DNA of 63,290 nt, filler included, from Caldilineae bacterium (GCA_037446815.1; 6 parts of 6 records of this genome joined end to end with filler, not necessarily neighbours in it), one strand, 5' to 3'; positions 8,857-19,323 are shown, counted from the whole stretch's first letter. Notes: a model not told the origin generated them from the sequence alone. A program made the numbers and translations.

Positions 8857-10260
8857 TCAGACCTGGATCGTCTTCCATTTGCCCCCGCGATACCGCAGGA
8901 AGGCGAGCAGCCCGCGGAAGAACAGGTCCGTGCACATGGCGACCCACGCCCACGATAATCCAAGCCCCAGGATGGTGATGAAGAGGATGGCCAGTGGCAC
9001 TCGGATTCCCCAGATGCACCCCGCGACGATGTAGAGCGGGTATTTGGTATCGCCCGCGCCCCGCAGCGCGCCGTTGATGATCATGGCGGCGGCCAATGCC
9101 GGCTGGGCCAGGCCCACGATGCGCAGCGGCGTGATGCCGAGCGCAATCACCTCGGGGTCGGAGGTGAAGAAACTGACGAGCGGGACCGGGAACAAGATGA
9201 ACACGATTCCCATGACGCCCATCAGCGCGGCGCCAATGGCAAAGGCGGTGTAGCCGTTGCGTTCAGCCTCCTTGGGGGCTTGCGCTCCAAGCGCCTGCCC
9301 GACGAGCGTCGTTGCGGCGACGGCGAATCCAAACCCCGGCATGTAGGACAGCGACTCGGCATTGAGCGCCACTTGATGCGCGGCGAAAGCGGCGGTGCCC
9401 AGCGTGGCGACGACGCGGGCATACGACATCTGTCCAAAGCGAAACAGCAGTTGCTCCAGGCCCGACGGGATGCCGACGCGCAGGATGCGCCGAATGATAT
9501 GCCAGTCGGGCCGGAGTTTGTCCAGCACGAGGCAGAGGGCGCCGCGCCCTTTGGCCAGGGTGGTCAAAGCGAGGACGCCACCGGTCAGGCGGGCGGTGGC
9601 CGCACCGATGGCCGACCCGGCGACACCCATCCGCGGCAAGCCGAAGGCCCCGTTGATGAGCGACCACGCCACGACGATGTTGATGGCGTTCACGATGAGC
9701 ATGATGCGCAGAGGGGTGCGCGTGTCGCCGGCGCCGCGCATGGCGGCGTTGCAGATGAACATGAGCGTGGCGGGTAGGAACACGGCGGCGACGATGCGCA
9801 GGTAGGTGGTGCCCAGACCGAGGGCTTCGGGTTCGGCGCCCATGGCCGCTACCGCCGGACGGGCCAGCGCAACGCCCAGCAGTGTGGCGGCAAGCCCGAT
9901 GCCCGCGCCGAGAATCACCGACTGGCGCAGCACGCGGTTGGCAAGGGGCGTATCCTTGGCCCCGACGGAGCGCGCGATGAGGGCCGTGCTGCCGACGCCG
10001 ACGGCTCCGAAAAGCGCGTTGGTGAGGAATACCCACTGATTGGCGAGCCCGACCGCTGCAAGGGCCGCCGCGCCGATGTGCCCCACAAGGAATGTGTCCA
10101 CGATGCCCACCATCATGGCAAGCAGCTGTTCGCCCGCGGCAGGCAGGGCAAGCCGAAGCGTTGCCAGCGCGGCGGACTGGCCCAAGGCGCGCTGGGGGAG
10201 GGAGGCCGCGGCGCGAAGTCGCGTCGCCACGGCGTGAGAAGACCGGTTGATGGATCTCAT
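8857..10260 (-). CDS. MATE family efflux transporter
   Basis: About 12 TM segments; VDT..VGHIG, two RGAGDT repeats, and a RG.KWK C-terminus. Confidence 0.93.
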   Translation of the reverse strand: MRSINRSSHAVATRLRAAASLPQRALGQSAALATLRLALPAAGEQLLAMMVGIVDTFLVGHIGAAALAAVGLANQWVFLTNALFGAVGVGSTALIARSVGAKDTPLANRVLRQSVILGAGIGLAATLLGVALARPAVAAMGAEPEALGLGTTYLRIVAAVFLPATLMFICNAAMRGAGDTRTPLRIMLIVNAINIVVAWSLINGAFGLPRMGVAGSAIGAATARLTGGVLALTTLAKGRGALCLVLDKLRPDWHIIRRILRVGIPSGLEQLLFRFGQMSYARVVATLGTAAFAAHQVALNAESLSYMPGFGFAVAATTLVGQALGAQAPKEAERNGYTAFAIGAALMGVMGIVFILFPVPLVSFFTSDPEVIALGITPLRIVGLAQPALAAAMIINGALRGAGDTKYPLYIVAGCIWGIRVPLAILFITILGLGLSWAWVAMCTDLFFRGLLAFLRYRGGKWKTIQV

Positions 10261-10328
10261 GGGCGATTCTCTCGTGCTGGAATAGGACTGGATACATTAT
10301 ACGCCATGCGCCATTTCTCACAAATGCG

Positions 10329-10503
10329 CAGTCGGTTTCAAAGTCTGTTGGCATCTACCGTCATTCTGATCGGCGAAGCCGCGAAGAATCTCGCCCCTCA
10401 CCCCAGCCCTCTCCCGAAGGGCGAGGGCGTATCGCCTTCGGCTCAGCATGACAGAGTGGGGAGGCGGCGCACGAGACAGGCAAACACCGTTCGGAACCGA
10501 ATC
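10329..10503. mobile_element. 175-bp MITE, TSD CAAATGCG
   Basis: Ends CAGTCGGTTTCAAAGTCTGTTGG and ...GGAACCGAATC. CAAATGCG at 10321-10328 and 10504-10511. Confidence 0.88.
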
Positions 10504-10511
10504 CAAATGCG

Positions 10512-10593
10512 GATTCGGTTCCAAAGTCTGTTGGTATTTGTCATTGCGAGGGCGCAGAGCGCCCGAAGCAATCTCCGGGGCGTGCGATTGCTT
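10512..10593. mobile_element. second MITE in tandem, truncated by the contig end
   Basis: GATTCGGTTCCAAAGTCTGTTGG begins immediately after the TSD of the previous copy. Confidence 0.88.
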
Positions 10594-10693
10594 NNNNNNN
10601 NNNNNNNNNNNNNNNNNNNNNNNNNNNNNNNNNNNNNTTAATTAATTAANNNNNNNNNNNNNNNNNNNNNNNNNNNNNNNNNNNNNNNNNNNN
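10594..10693. other. artificial contig linker
   Basis: N run containing TTAATTAATTAA. The same linker occurs at 21254-21353, 31845-31944, 42435-42534 and 52887-52986. Confidence 0.98.
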
Positions 10694-10708
10694 GAGGTTC
10701 ACTCCACT

Positions 10709-10737
10709 TTGGCGAGGTTGCCGCGGTATGCTATACT
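10709..10737 (+). promoter_or_regulatory. promoter of mutS2
   Basis: TTGGCG-17 nt-TATACT, with a TG extended -10. Confidence 0.6.
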
Positions 10738-10800
10738 CGTCTCGCCTGCATGGCGAACTGGAGGGGCAAGGGACTTGCCCGAACCCGTCAGGAGATTCGC

Positions 10801-13203
10801 TTGGACGCCAAACATCTGCACACGCTGGAATTTGACCGCATCCTGGAGCGCATGGCCGCGCATACCTCGTTCTCTTACGGGCGCGAGCGGGCGCTGGCCA
10901 CCCAGCCCGTAACCGACCTGGACGAGGCGAGACGCCTGCTGCGGTTGACGGGCGAGGCGCGCCTGCTGCTGGACACCAAGGGCGCGCTGTCCGTCGGCGG
11001 GGCACGGGACATCCGCCCCTTGCTAAGCCGCGCCGAGCGCCACGCCATGCTGGACCCGCAGGAACTGCTGGACATCCGCGACACGCTCAACGCGGCGCGG
11101 ACGCTCCGCCGTTCGCTTTCGCGCATGAGCGCGCAGGTCCCGCTCCTGGCGCAGAAGGCCGCCCTCATTGAGGAGTGCGCGCACGTGGCGGCGGAGATCG
11201 GCCGCTGCATCAACGACCGCGGCGAGGTGGTGGATTCCGCCAGCCCCAAACTGGGCCGCATCCGCTCCGAGGTGCGCATCGCCCACGACCGCCTGCTGGA
11301 CAAACTCAACCGCATCATCACCAGCAGCGAGAACGCGCCGTTTCTCCAGGAGCCGATCATCACCCAGCGCAACGGGCGCTACGTGATCCCCCTCAAGGCC
11401 GAGTTCAAGGGCCGCATCCCTGGGCTGATTCACGACCAATCCGGGTCGGGCGCGACGCTGTTTATTGAGCCGCTGGCGACGGTGGAACTGAACAATGCCT
11501 GGCGCGAACTCCAGTTGGAGGAGGAGCGCGAGGTGCGGCGCATCCTGACCGAACTGACCGAGTTGGTGGCAGAGGAAAGCCCGCTGATTCTGCGCACGCT
11601 CCACATCCTGGCCGACTTGGACGTGATCTTCGCCAAGGCCAAGTACGCCGAGGAGATTCGCGCCACGGAGCCAACGCTGGTGCCTTTCGCGCCCAAGCCC
11701 GCGCGCCCCGATGCCGACGGCAGCGAGTTGCCGCCGCACCCGGGTTCGCGCATTCGGCTGCTGCGGGCGCGGCACCCGCTGCTCGCCCCCGAAACGGTGG
11801 TGCCTATTGACGTGGTCTTCACTGACCGCTTCTTCGTCCTCGTCGTTACGGGCCCCAACACGGGCGGCAAGACGGTGTCCCTGAAGACGGTGGGCCTGAT
11901 GGCACTCATGGCGCAATCCGGCCTGCACCTGCCCACCGACGAGGGGAGTGAGCTCACCGTGTTCCGCAACGTGTTCGCCGACATCGGCGACGAGCAGTCC
12001 ATAGAGCAGAGCCTGTCCACCTTCTCGTCGCACATGACGAACATCGTGGACATCCTGCGGCGGGCCGATTCGCAGTCGCTGGTGCTGTTGGATGAAATCG
12101 GCGCGGGCACCGACCCCGTGGAGGGCTCCGCGCTGGCTCGGGCCATCCTGTCCCATCTGGTGGAGCGGCGCGTTACCACCATGGCGACGACCCACTACTC
12201 GGAACTGAAATACTACGCGCAGGTAACGCCCGGCGTGGAAAACGCCAGCGTGGAGTTTGACGTGGAGACGCTGTCGCCCACGTTTGAACTCACCATTGGC
12301 CTGCCCGGGCGGAGCAACGCCTTCGCCATCGCGTCGCGGCTGGGCCTGGACGAGGGCATCGTCCAAGAGGCGCGGTCGCTGGTGGCGCCCGAGACGTTGG
12401 AAGCCGATGTGCTGCTGGGGGAAATCCAGGTGGCGCACCGCGAGGCCCAGGCCGAACTCCAGGCGGCGCGGGCGGCCCGCGAGGAGTTGCAGCACCTGCA
12501 GCGGAGCCTGCAGAAGCAGTTGTCCGAGTTGGAGGCGGCCAAGGCGACGATCATCGCCCAGGCGCGGGAGGAGATGCGCGAGGAACTGGAAGCCTTCCGC
12601 CGCGAACTCCAGCGGGCGCGCCGACAGTTGGAGCGAGGCGCGGCCCTCCCCGATTCGGTCGCCCAGGCGGAGCAGATCGCCCAGGCGCTGGAGTCGCGCT
12701 TGCCCCCGCCCCCTCCGCCGCCTGCGCCTGAGTTCGCGCCGGGGGAATTGCGCGTCGGCGCGTCAGTGTGGGTCAAGTCGCTGAAGGCGGCGGGGGAGGT
12801 TGCCGCCATTGACGGCGACCGCGTAGAGGTGAGCCTGGGGCACTTCCGGCTGTCGCTGGACGCATCCGACCTAGAGGTGCGCGCCGCGCCTGCGCCCGAA
12901 TCGGCGAGGGCCGCGGGGAGCGATTCCATCCGCCAGCCGTCGGTGGGCCGACCGGTGAAGGCGGAACTGGATCTGCGGGGCAGGCGCGCCGAGGAAGTGA
13001 GCGCGGAGTTGGAGCGCTACCTGAACGACGCGTTCCTGACGGGCTTGCCGTGGGTGCGCATCATCCACGGCAGGGGCACGGGCGTGCTGCGCCAGGTTGT
13101 GCGCGAGGCGCTGGCGAATCATCCGCTCGTCGTGGCGTACAAGTCGGGCGCTCCCGAGGAGGGGGGCGACGGCGTTACCATCGCCGAATTGGCCAAGCGA
13201 TAG
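10801..13203 (+). CDS. mutS2: endonuclease MutS2
   Basis: LEFDRI N-terminus, GPNTGGKT P-loop, DEIGAGTDP, coiled coil, and a C-terminal Smr domain (LDLRG, IIHGRGTG). TTG at 10801 has an AGGAG RBS; alternative ATG at 10750. Confidence 0.95.
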   Translation: MDAKHLHTLEFDRILERMAAHTSFSYGRERALATQPVTDLDEARRLLRLTGEARLLLDTKGALSVGGARDIRPLLSRAERHAMLDPQELLDIRDTLNAARTLRRSLSRMSAQVPLLAQKAALIEECAHVAAEIGRCINDRGEVVDSASPKLGRIRSEVRIAHDRLLDKLNRIITSSENAPFLQEPIITQRNGRYVIPLKAEFKGRIPGLIHDQSGSGATLFIEPLATVELNNAWRELQLEEEREVRRILTELTELVAEESPLILRTLHILADLDVIFAKAKYAEEIRATEPTLVPFAPKPARPDADGSELPPHPGSRIRLLRARHPLLAPETVVPIDVVFTDRFFVLVVTGPNTGGKTVSLKTVGLMALMAQSGLHLPTDEGSELTVFRNVFADIGDEQSIEQSLSTFSSHMTNIVDILRRADSQSLVLLDEIGAGTDPVEGSALARAILSHLVERRVTTMATTHYSELKYYAQVTPGVENASVEFDVETLSPTFELTIGLPGRSNAFAIASRLGLDEGIVQEARSLVAPETLEADVLLGEIQVAHREAQAELQAARAAREELQHLQRSLQKQLSELEAAKATIIAQAREEMREELEAFRRELQRARRQLERGAALPDSVAQAEQIAQALESRLPPPPPPPAPEFAPGELRVGASVWVKSLKAAGEVAAIDGDRVEVSLGHFRLSLDASDLEVRAAPAPESARAAGSDSIRQPSVGRPVKAELDLRGRRAEEVSAELERYLNDAFLTGLPWVRIIHGRGTGVLRQVVREALANHPLVVAYKSGAPEEGGDGVTIAELAKR

Positions 13204-13241
13204 GCAGCCTGGATCCGAAGGGCGCGGGTGGCCAGCATTGC

Positions 13242-13406
13242 GATTCGGTTCCAAAGGGTGTTGGTAACCGTCATTGCGAGGCGCGGGCGGAAGCCCCTGA
13301 CCCCAGCCCTCTCCCGGCGGGCGAGGGAGCAACGCCCTCAACGGCCTTCGGCCTCCCCGCGAGGAGAGTGGACATGCGCTTCACCAACCCAAGATGGAAC
13401 CGAATC
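13242..13406. mobile_element. 165-bp MITE variant, no recognisable TSD
   Basis: Ends GATTCGGTTCCAAAGGGTGTTGG and CCAACCCAAGATGGAACCGAATC, with an internal CCCAGCCCTCTCC...GAGGG hairpin. Confidence 0.85.
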
Positions 13407-13447
13407 CGAAAATGATCCGCATATCCCTGTGTAACCGGAGGCGCGCG

Positions 13448-14110
13448 ATGAAACAGGTGCACTTCAAACATCCCGACAAGCCTGGCCCGCTGCTGGAGGG
13501 CATGCTGCACGTGCCCGAAGGGACCGGGCCGTTCCCGGGCGCGGTGGTTTGCCACCCGCACCCCGAGTACGGCGGGAGCATGGACGTGCCGCTCGTCGTG
13601 GCCATCGCCAAAGGGCTAGCGCGGGCCGGCTGGGCGGCGCTCCGCTTCAATTTCCGCGGCGTCGGCCATAGCCAAGGCTCCTATGACGAGGGCCGCGGCG
13701 AGGTGGACGATGTGCAGGCGGCGGTCGCCTCCCTGCGCGCGCAGGACACGGTGCGGGACGCGCCGCTGGCGCTGGTGGGTTACTCCTTCGGCGCGTGGGT
13801 CGCGCTGGAGGCGGCGCGGCGCACAGACCGTATCGCCGCCGTCGTCGCCGTCGCCCTGCCGCTGTGGCGCATGCCCGAAGGGTGGCTGAGCGACCTGGAT
13901 GTGCCCAAACTGTTCATCGCCGGCGACCGCGACACCGTGTGTCCCGTGGCCGAACTGAAGGCGTGGGCGACCCGCCTCCCCGGAACCAACGAACTCGCCA
14001 TCCTGACCCGCGCCGATCACTACCTGGCGGGGCGGGAGGGGCAGGTCGCCGACGAGGTCGCCCGCTTCTTGCGCGCCCATGTCAACCGCGCTCGGGAGGC
14101 CAGCGCATGA
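13448..14110 (+). CDS. alpha/beta hydrolase (CocE/NonD-like, COG2945)
   Basis: HPHP.YGGSM, RFNFRGVG.S.G, GYSFG nucleophile elbow, GDRD and ADH. Confidence 0.9.
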   Translation: MKQVHFKHPDKPGPLLEGMLHVPEGTGPFPGAVVCHPHPEYGGSMDVPLVVAIAKGLARAGWAALRFNFRGVGHSQGSYDEGRGEVDDVQAAVASLRAQDTVRDAPLALVGYSFGAWVALEAARRTDRIAAVVAVALPLWRMPEGWLSDLDVPKLFIAGDRDTVCPVAELKAWATRLPGTNELAILTRADHYLAGREGQVADEVARFLRAHVNRAREASA

Positions 14111-14835
14111 TCCGCGCCATCCTGTTTGACCTGGACGCCACGCTGCTGGACAACGACATGCGCACGTTCCTGCCACCGTACTTCCAGGCGCTCTGCGCCA
14201 AGTTGGGCGACCGCATCCAGCCGGAGAAATTGACGCGCCAGGTTATGGAATCCACCCAGCGGATGATCCAGAACACCGACGCGACGCGCACGAACCAGGA
14301 AATCTTCGCGGCGGACTTCTTTCCCAAGATCGGGCACAGTCCCGAAGAACTAGGGCCGCTGTTCGCGGACTTCTACGAGCGGGACTTCCCGGCCCTCCGA
14401 AGGTACACGAAGCCGCGCCCCGAAGCCCGCGAGGTGGTGCAGGCGTGTTTTGACCTGGGCTACGATGTGGTCATCGCCACAAGCCCCGTTTTCCCGCTGC
14501 GGGCGGTGCAGCACCGTCTGGAGTGGGCGGGCGTCGCCGATTTCCCCTACGCCCTCATCACCACTTACGAGAACATGCACAGTTGCAAGCCGCAGCCGCG
14601 CTACTACTTGGAGATCGCGGAGCGCATCGGGCGAGAGCCGTCCGAGTGCATGATGGTGGGCAACGACGCCGAGGCCGACATCGTTCCGGCGGCGCAGGCG
14701 GGGATGCGAACGTTCTACATCGTGTACGACGCAGCGGAACCCCACGCGGTGGCCGCGGACTACCGAGGGACGCTGATGGACTTCCTGCGCTTGCTCCGCT
14801 CCTGGCCCGCGCCGAAGGACGTCGGACCCCGCTAG
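14107..14835 (+). CDS. HAD family hydrolase
   Basis: FDLDATL motif I, KP motif III and VGND...DI motif IV. ATGA overlap with the upstream gene. Confidence 0.9.
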   Translation: MIRAILFDLDATLLDNDMRTFLPPYFQALCAKLGDRIQPEKLTRQVMESTQRMIQNTDATRTNQEIFAADFFPKIGHSPEELGPLFADFYERDFPALRRYTKPRPEAREVVQACFDLGYDVVIATSPVFPLRAVQHRLEWAGVADFPYALITTYENMHSCKPQPRYYLEIAERIGREPSECMMVGNDAEADIVPAAQAGMRTFYIVYDAAEPHAVAADYRGTLMDFLRLLRSWPAPKDVGPR

Positions 14836-16382
14836 AAGGCCCACACAAGCGTCATGGCCGCGCACACGCCCGTGATGATGAGGGCGATGGCGAAGGCGGT
14901 GCGGATGACCACGGCCTCCTCGCCGATGCGGTCAATGCTGGCCGCCGCGTTCTGCAACTTGGCGGGCGAGATGACGCTGGCCAGCCCGCCGCCGATGCCG
15001 CTGGCCGCCGCGATGAGCAGCCCCGCTGCGCCGATCTTCTGCGCCGTCGTCAGGTGCAGCGTCGTCAGCATGGCGATGGACGATGTCTCCGAGCCGCTGA
15101 TGAACCCGCCCAGAAGCCCCAGGTAGGGCGCCACCAGCGGATACAGCCGCCCGAACGTCTTCGCCGCGGCGTCGGCCACCACGTACACCATGTTGCGCGT
15201 CGGGTCGGCCAGGCGCCAGTCCAGGCCCTTGCCCGAATGGTTGATGACGAAGGCGATGGCAAAGAAGACGGCGGCGGCCAGGACGGGCCGAGGGGCGCGC
15301 TTCCACCATTTGCTGACCGACGCGCGCAGTTGGGCGGGCGTGGGCTTGAGGATGGGCAGCGCCAGCGCCGTGCTGACGAGAATCCAGAAGTACGCCTGCC
15401 AGAAGATGCGCAACTTCTCGGGCGCGCCGGGCACGATCTCCACGGGCATGGCCCACCGCTGGAACGTGAGCGCGAACAGGGGCGAGAAGGGCGCGTTGAC
15501 CAGCAGCGCGGAGACCGTGAGGATGAGCCAGGGCGACAGGGCCGCCGCCAGCGGCATCCGCTTTACCGCCGCGCGGTCGGCCTCGCTCGCGGCGGAGGCG
15601 TCGCGGAGTGGGCGTCCGGTGGCCTTCAGGTAGGCCAGCATCACCAGCATGACGGCCAGCCCCGCCGCCACGCCGGTGAGGGTAATCATCCCCAGCGCGT
15701 TCATGGCGATGGCGGTGAATCCTGCCGTCAGGCCCGCCAGCAGGGCCGGGAGCAGCCCCCGCCGAATGAGCGGCCCGCGGCCCGCGATCCACAGCATGCC
15801 CAGCGCGATGCACGTGCTGATGATGGGCATGTAACGGGCGAAAAGGCCGCCAATCTCGGCCACAGGTTTGCCGACGAAGTTGGCGAAGACCACGGCGGGA
15901 ATCCCCAGCAGCGCGTAGGTGCACAGAGCGTCGTAGCCGATGGCGGGCAGGGCGATGGCGACAAAGGAGGAATAGCCCAGCGCCAGCATGATGGGCGGGA
16001 GCACCGACACGGGCACCGCCCCCAGCGCCGTCAGCAGCGTGCCGAAGCCGATATTGATGATCATGATCTGCACGGCCCTGTCGCCGGGCGCCACGGTCTT
16101 GATGAGGGCGATGATGCGCGCCAAGGCCCCGGTCTCCTGCATCACGGTTACCTGCAGGATGGACGTGGCCACGACCAGCGCAATGGGGAGGGACGCCACC
16201 AATCCGCCCAGGCTGGCGCGGAGCGCGACGCCCGCCGGGGTGCCAAAGTACAGGCAGGCGGCGGCCAGCGCGACGACCCAGCCGATGCCTCCGGCCACAT
16301 CCGCCGCGGTGCGCCGCAGCGTGAGCAGCAGCAAAATCACGAGCACCGGCGATAGCGCCAGCAGAACGGACACGGTGTGCAT
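14832..16382 (-). CDS. L-lactate permease family transporter
   Basis: Highly hydrophobic; GGFISGSETSS and ISPAKLQNAAA motifs resemble LctP. Confidence 0.8.
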   Translation of the reverse strand: MHTVSVLLALSPVLVILLLLTLRRTAADVAGGIGWVVALAAACLYFGTPAGVALRASLGGLVASLPIALVVATSILQVTVMQETGALARIIALIKTVAPGDRAVQIMIINIGFGTLLTALGAVPVSVLPPIMLALGYSSFVAIALPAIGYDALCTYALLGIPAVVFANFVGKPVAEIGGLFARYMPIISTCIALGMLWIAGRGPLIRRGLLPALLAGLTAGFTAIAMNALGMITLTGVAAGLAVMLVMLAYLKATGRPLRDASAASEADRAAVKRMPLAAALSPWLILTVSALLVNAPFSPLFALTFQRWAMPVEIVPGAPEKLRIFWQAYFWILVSTALALPILKPTPAQLRASVSKWWKRAPRPVLAAAVFFAIAFVINHSGKGLDWRLADPTRNMVYVVADAAAKTFGRLYPLVAPYLGLLGGFISGSETSSIAMLTTLHLTTAQKIGAAGLLIAAASGIGGGLASVISPAKLQNAAASIDRIGEEAVVIRTAFAIALIITGVCAAMTLVWAF

Positions 16383-16422
16383 GTCGGCCTCCTTGTGCGT
16401 AGATGGGCGCGCCGCGCGCGGG

Positions 16423-17238
16423 TTACGATTGGACGATGGGCGACGGGTTCGGGACAAACGGGTTCAACCGCACGGCCAGCGAGAACAGATAGGGGTATGC
16501 GGCCTTCAGGTGCTCCATGTACGCCAGCCACTGCACCGCTAGGAGCGCGTAGGCCCGCTCCATGTCCTTGGCGAGATGCGCGAGATCCGACGGCGGCAAC
16601 GCCGACAGGTCGTCGCGGTGCGAGAGTTCGTCGGCCAGGTGGAAGACGGCCCACAGCAGCGACGTGAACGATTCATGCTCGGGAAGCATGGGGTTCTCCA
16701 ATAGGCCCAGGAGGAACTGCCGCTCGCCGACCAGGAAGCCCTTCAGCCACGGGAGGTCAATGGCCCCGATGGCGACGGCGTAGGGGTGCGTTTCCAGGCG
16801 CTGTCGCAACGCGGCGAAATCCTGGGCGCCCCACGACGCGGTGATGCTGCAAGCCTGGCGGAGGCCCGTCAGGTTGGGGTCAGCGTCGGCGAGCGCGCGG
16901 AGGAGCGGCGTTCCGACTTCGCTGAAGAACGCGCCGATGACCATGTTCAGTTTCTCCAGGCGCTCCTGCTTCTCTCGCCGGCTGAGCATGGCTTCGGCGG
17001 TGCCGGCGACAGCGCCGAGGAACGTGCCCACGCCCATCACGATGATACCCACGGCCAGCGCCTTGCCCGCGGGAGTGGCCAGTTGGATGTCGCCATAGCC
17101 CACGGTGCTGACGGTAACGATGGTGAAGTAGAGCGCGTCCAGCGGCGAAAGGCCCTCGGCAAGCATGAAGCCGACAGTGCCCAGCGTCAGGACGCCGATG
17201 AAGAGCGCAAGGTAGATGCGAAGCCGCGATGAGAACAT
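16423..17238 (-). CDS. potassium channel family protein
   Basis: ALYFTIVTVSTVGYGD K+ selectivity filter, two TM segments and a soluble C-terminal domain. Confidence 0.85.
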   Translation of the reverse strand: MFSSRLRIYLALFIGVLTLGTVGFMLAEGLSPLDALYFTIVTVSTVGYGDIQLATPAGKALAVGIIVMGVGTFLGAVAGTAEAMLSRREKQERLEKLNMVIGAFFSEVGTPLLRALADADPNLTGLRQACSITASWGAQDFAALRQRLETHPYAVAIGAIDLPWLKGFLVGERQFLLGLLENPMLPEHESFTSLLWAVFHLADELSHRDDLSALPPSDLAHLAKDMERAYALLAVQWLAYMEHLKAAYPYLFSLAVRLNPFVPNPSPIVQS

Positions 17239-17241
17239 GCC

Positions 17242-17850
17242 CTAACCTGCCTTCTGGGTGGAATCTTGGTGCAGCCAATGCCAGGACTCATATTCGCCGC
17301 CCGGCGGGTGGAGGAGGCGCACCTGCTCGCCGGAGCGGATGGCGCCGGGGCGCTCTACCCACGCCACGATGCCGCGCTTGCCCCACGCGGCCTGGACGAA
17401 ACGCGCCGCAAGCCCGGGGACGCTTGGGTAGGCCTCCTGGATGATGCGCCCTGGGGCGATGCACGGGAGATTCTCGCCCTCCACGGCCAACACCGCGCCG
17501 CCGGAGAAGACCAAGCGCACCCCGCGCGGCAGGCGCGTGAGGCGCGGAATGCCCGACAGGAGCAGGTTCGCGCCGAGCCATTCGGGCCGAAGCGACGCTA
17601 CCCCCAGGTCAGCCGCGATTTCGGCCAGTTCCTCCACCGAGACGATGGAGACCTGGCGGGAGTTGCGGATTTCGGTGCCGCGCGGATAGTGGGGGGTGCG
17701 CCCGTCGGAGGGGCGGGTGAGGCCCGCGTGTCGGTCTCCGGCGAATCCCTCAAACGTAACCCGCGCCTCGTCGGTGCGCGTGGTTACCAGCGTATGCGCG
17801 TCAAGGCCGACGTACACGCCGACGACCTCTCCCAAGATGGGGTTGTCCAC
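17242..17850 (-). CDS. MOSC domain protein
   Basis: GFAGDRH, RQVSIVS, LGANL, ENLPC and G.I..G motifs. Confidence 0.88.
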   Translation of the reverse strand: MDNPILGEVVGVYVGLDAHTLVTTRTDEARVTFEGFAGDRHAGLTRPSDGRTPHYPRGTEIRNSRQVSIVSVEELAEIAADLGVASLRPEWLGANLLLSGIPRLTRLPRGVRLVFSGGAVLAVEGENLPCIAPGRIIQEAYPSVPGLAARFVQAAWGKRGIVAWVERPGAIRSGEQVRLLHPPGGEYESWHWLHQDSTQKAG

Positions 17851-17928
17851 TGCGCGGGCCTCCCCGTAGCGTGCGAGATGTGGAGCGCGAGCCGCGTATC
17901 TGGCGACTTGCGCTATGTTACCACAGAC

Positions 17929-19323
17929 TCAGCGGGTCGGCAAGGTGAAACTGAAGACGCTGCCCTTTCCAAGGCCCTCGCTGGCGGCGCGCACCCGCCC
18001 GCCCTGGGCTTCCACCAGGGCGCGCACGATGGCCAGCCCAAGCCCGGCCCCGCCACCGGCGCGACTGCGCGAGCGGTCGGCCCGCCAGAAGCGGTCAAAC
18101 ACGTGCGGGAGGTCTTCCGGCGCGATGCCCTCGCCGGTGTCAGCGACGGAGACGGTTACGAAGCCGCCGTCCGCAGTCGCCGACAGGGTGATTTGCCCGC
18201 CCTCCGGCGTGTGGCGCAGCGCATTGGTGATGAGGTTGTTGAGGATCTGGCTGACGCGGTCGGGATCGGCCATGGCCTCGGGTAGGCCATCGGGCGCTTG
18301 CCACGCCAGGCAGATGCCCTTCGCCTCGGCGGCAGGCTCAAAGCGCGCGACAGCGGCCTGCAGAAGCCGCCCCACATCCGTCGGGACGATGTTGAAGCGC
18401 AGCGCGCCCGCCTCGGCCTGGGCCAGTTCCTGCAGGTCGTCCACTAGGCGGGCCAGGATGCGGGTCTCGTCGTATAGGCGGGCGATCTCCTCCTTGTCCA
18501 AGGGGTACACGTCGTCCAGGATGGCGCGCAAGTTGCCCTGCAGGACGCTCAACGGCGTGCGGAGTTCATGGGCCACATCCGACACCAGGCTCTGGCGCAA
18601 TTGCTCGGCCTTCTGGAGGGCGGCGGTCATCTCGTTGAACGCGCGCGCCACCTCGGCTACTTCGCTGGTTCCCTCCACATCCACGCGCTTGCCGATGTCG
18701 CCCTGGGCCACGGCGCGGGCGGCGGCCGCCAGACGCTGGAGCGGCGCCGTGAGGCTTCGGCTGAAGACGGCGCTGACGGCAAGGCCGAGGAGCACGGCCA
18801 GGGCGGCGACGGAGATGAGGATGCCGCGCGTTCGGGTGAGGAATCGCTGCTCGGTGGCGCCCAACTGCGGTGCGCCAGGCAGGGCGATGAGCATGTACCC
18901 GAGCACCTCATCGCTACCGACTTCGGTAACGCGGATGGCGTCCTGCAGTTCGCCCGCGCTCAGTCGCCTGCCCGTTCGCTGACCTACGCCGTCAAAGACG
19001 ATCTTGCCGTTCGCATCGGCCAGGACGACGCTGAGCCGCACCTCGGGCATGCCCGGCCGCCGCCCCATCATCCCCCAGCGCGACCCGGTAACGACCACGC
19101 CTGTCTTCAGCAGTTCCTCCACGCCTTCCCACCCGCCGTGCGCCCGGTAGTAGGCGGCCAGGTTCTCCATGCCGTAGGCGGTAACCTCGCTGCGGGTGAT
19201 GTACTGGCGAAACTCGGTGGCGGTGGCGCGGCTCATCCACAAGGCGATGGCGCCGACGACGATGAGAATGATGAGGGTGAATGTCAACGTGAGGCGCACC
19301 CAAAGCGAGTTCAGGATCTTCAT
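17929..19323 (-). CDS. HAMP-domain sensor histidine kinase (BaeS-like)
   Basis: Two TM segments, HAMP, VAHELRTPL H-box, and N, G1, F and G2 boxes. Confidence 0.95.
   Translation of the reverse strand: MKILNSLWVRLTLTFTLIILIVVGAIALWMSRATATEFRQYITRSEVTAYGMENLAAYYRAHGGWEGVEELLKTGVVVTGSRWGMMGRRPGMPEVRLSVVLADANGKIVFDGVGQRTGRRLSAGELQDAIRVTEVGSDEVLGYMLIALPGAPQLGATEQRFLTRTRGILISVAALAVLLGLAVSAVFSRSLTAPLQRLAAAARAVAQGDIGKRVDVEGTSEVAEVARAFNEMTAALQKAEQLRQSLVSDVAHELRTPLSVLQGNLRAILDDVYPLDKEEIARLYDETRILARLVDDLQELAQAEAGALRFNIVPTDVGRLLQAAVARFEPAAEAKGICLAWQAPDGLPEAMADPDRVSQILNNLITNALRHTPEGGQITLSATADGGFVTVSVADTGEGIAPEDLPHVFDRFWRADRSRSRAGGGAGLGLAIVRALVEAQGGRVRAASEGLGKGSVFSFTLPTR

Noticed and set aside
10694..10714. 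Contig begins exactly 15 nt before the mutS2 -35, as if a MITE lay there
   Set aside because: Suggestive, but no element sequence is visible and the flank does not match the TSD of the preceding contig's element, so it was not counted.
13234..13414. TSD around the 13242-13406 and 63076-63226 MITEs
   Set aside because: Flanks do not match (AGCATTGC vs CGAAAATG; GAGATTGT vs CAGACCCC). These copies were not counted as TSD evidence.
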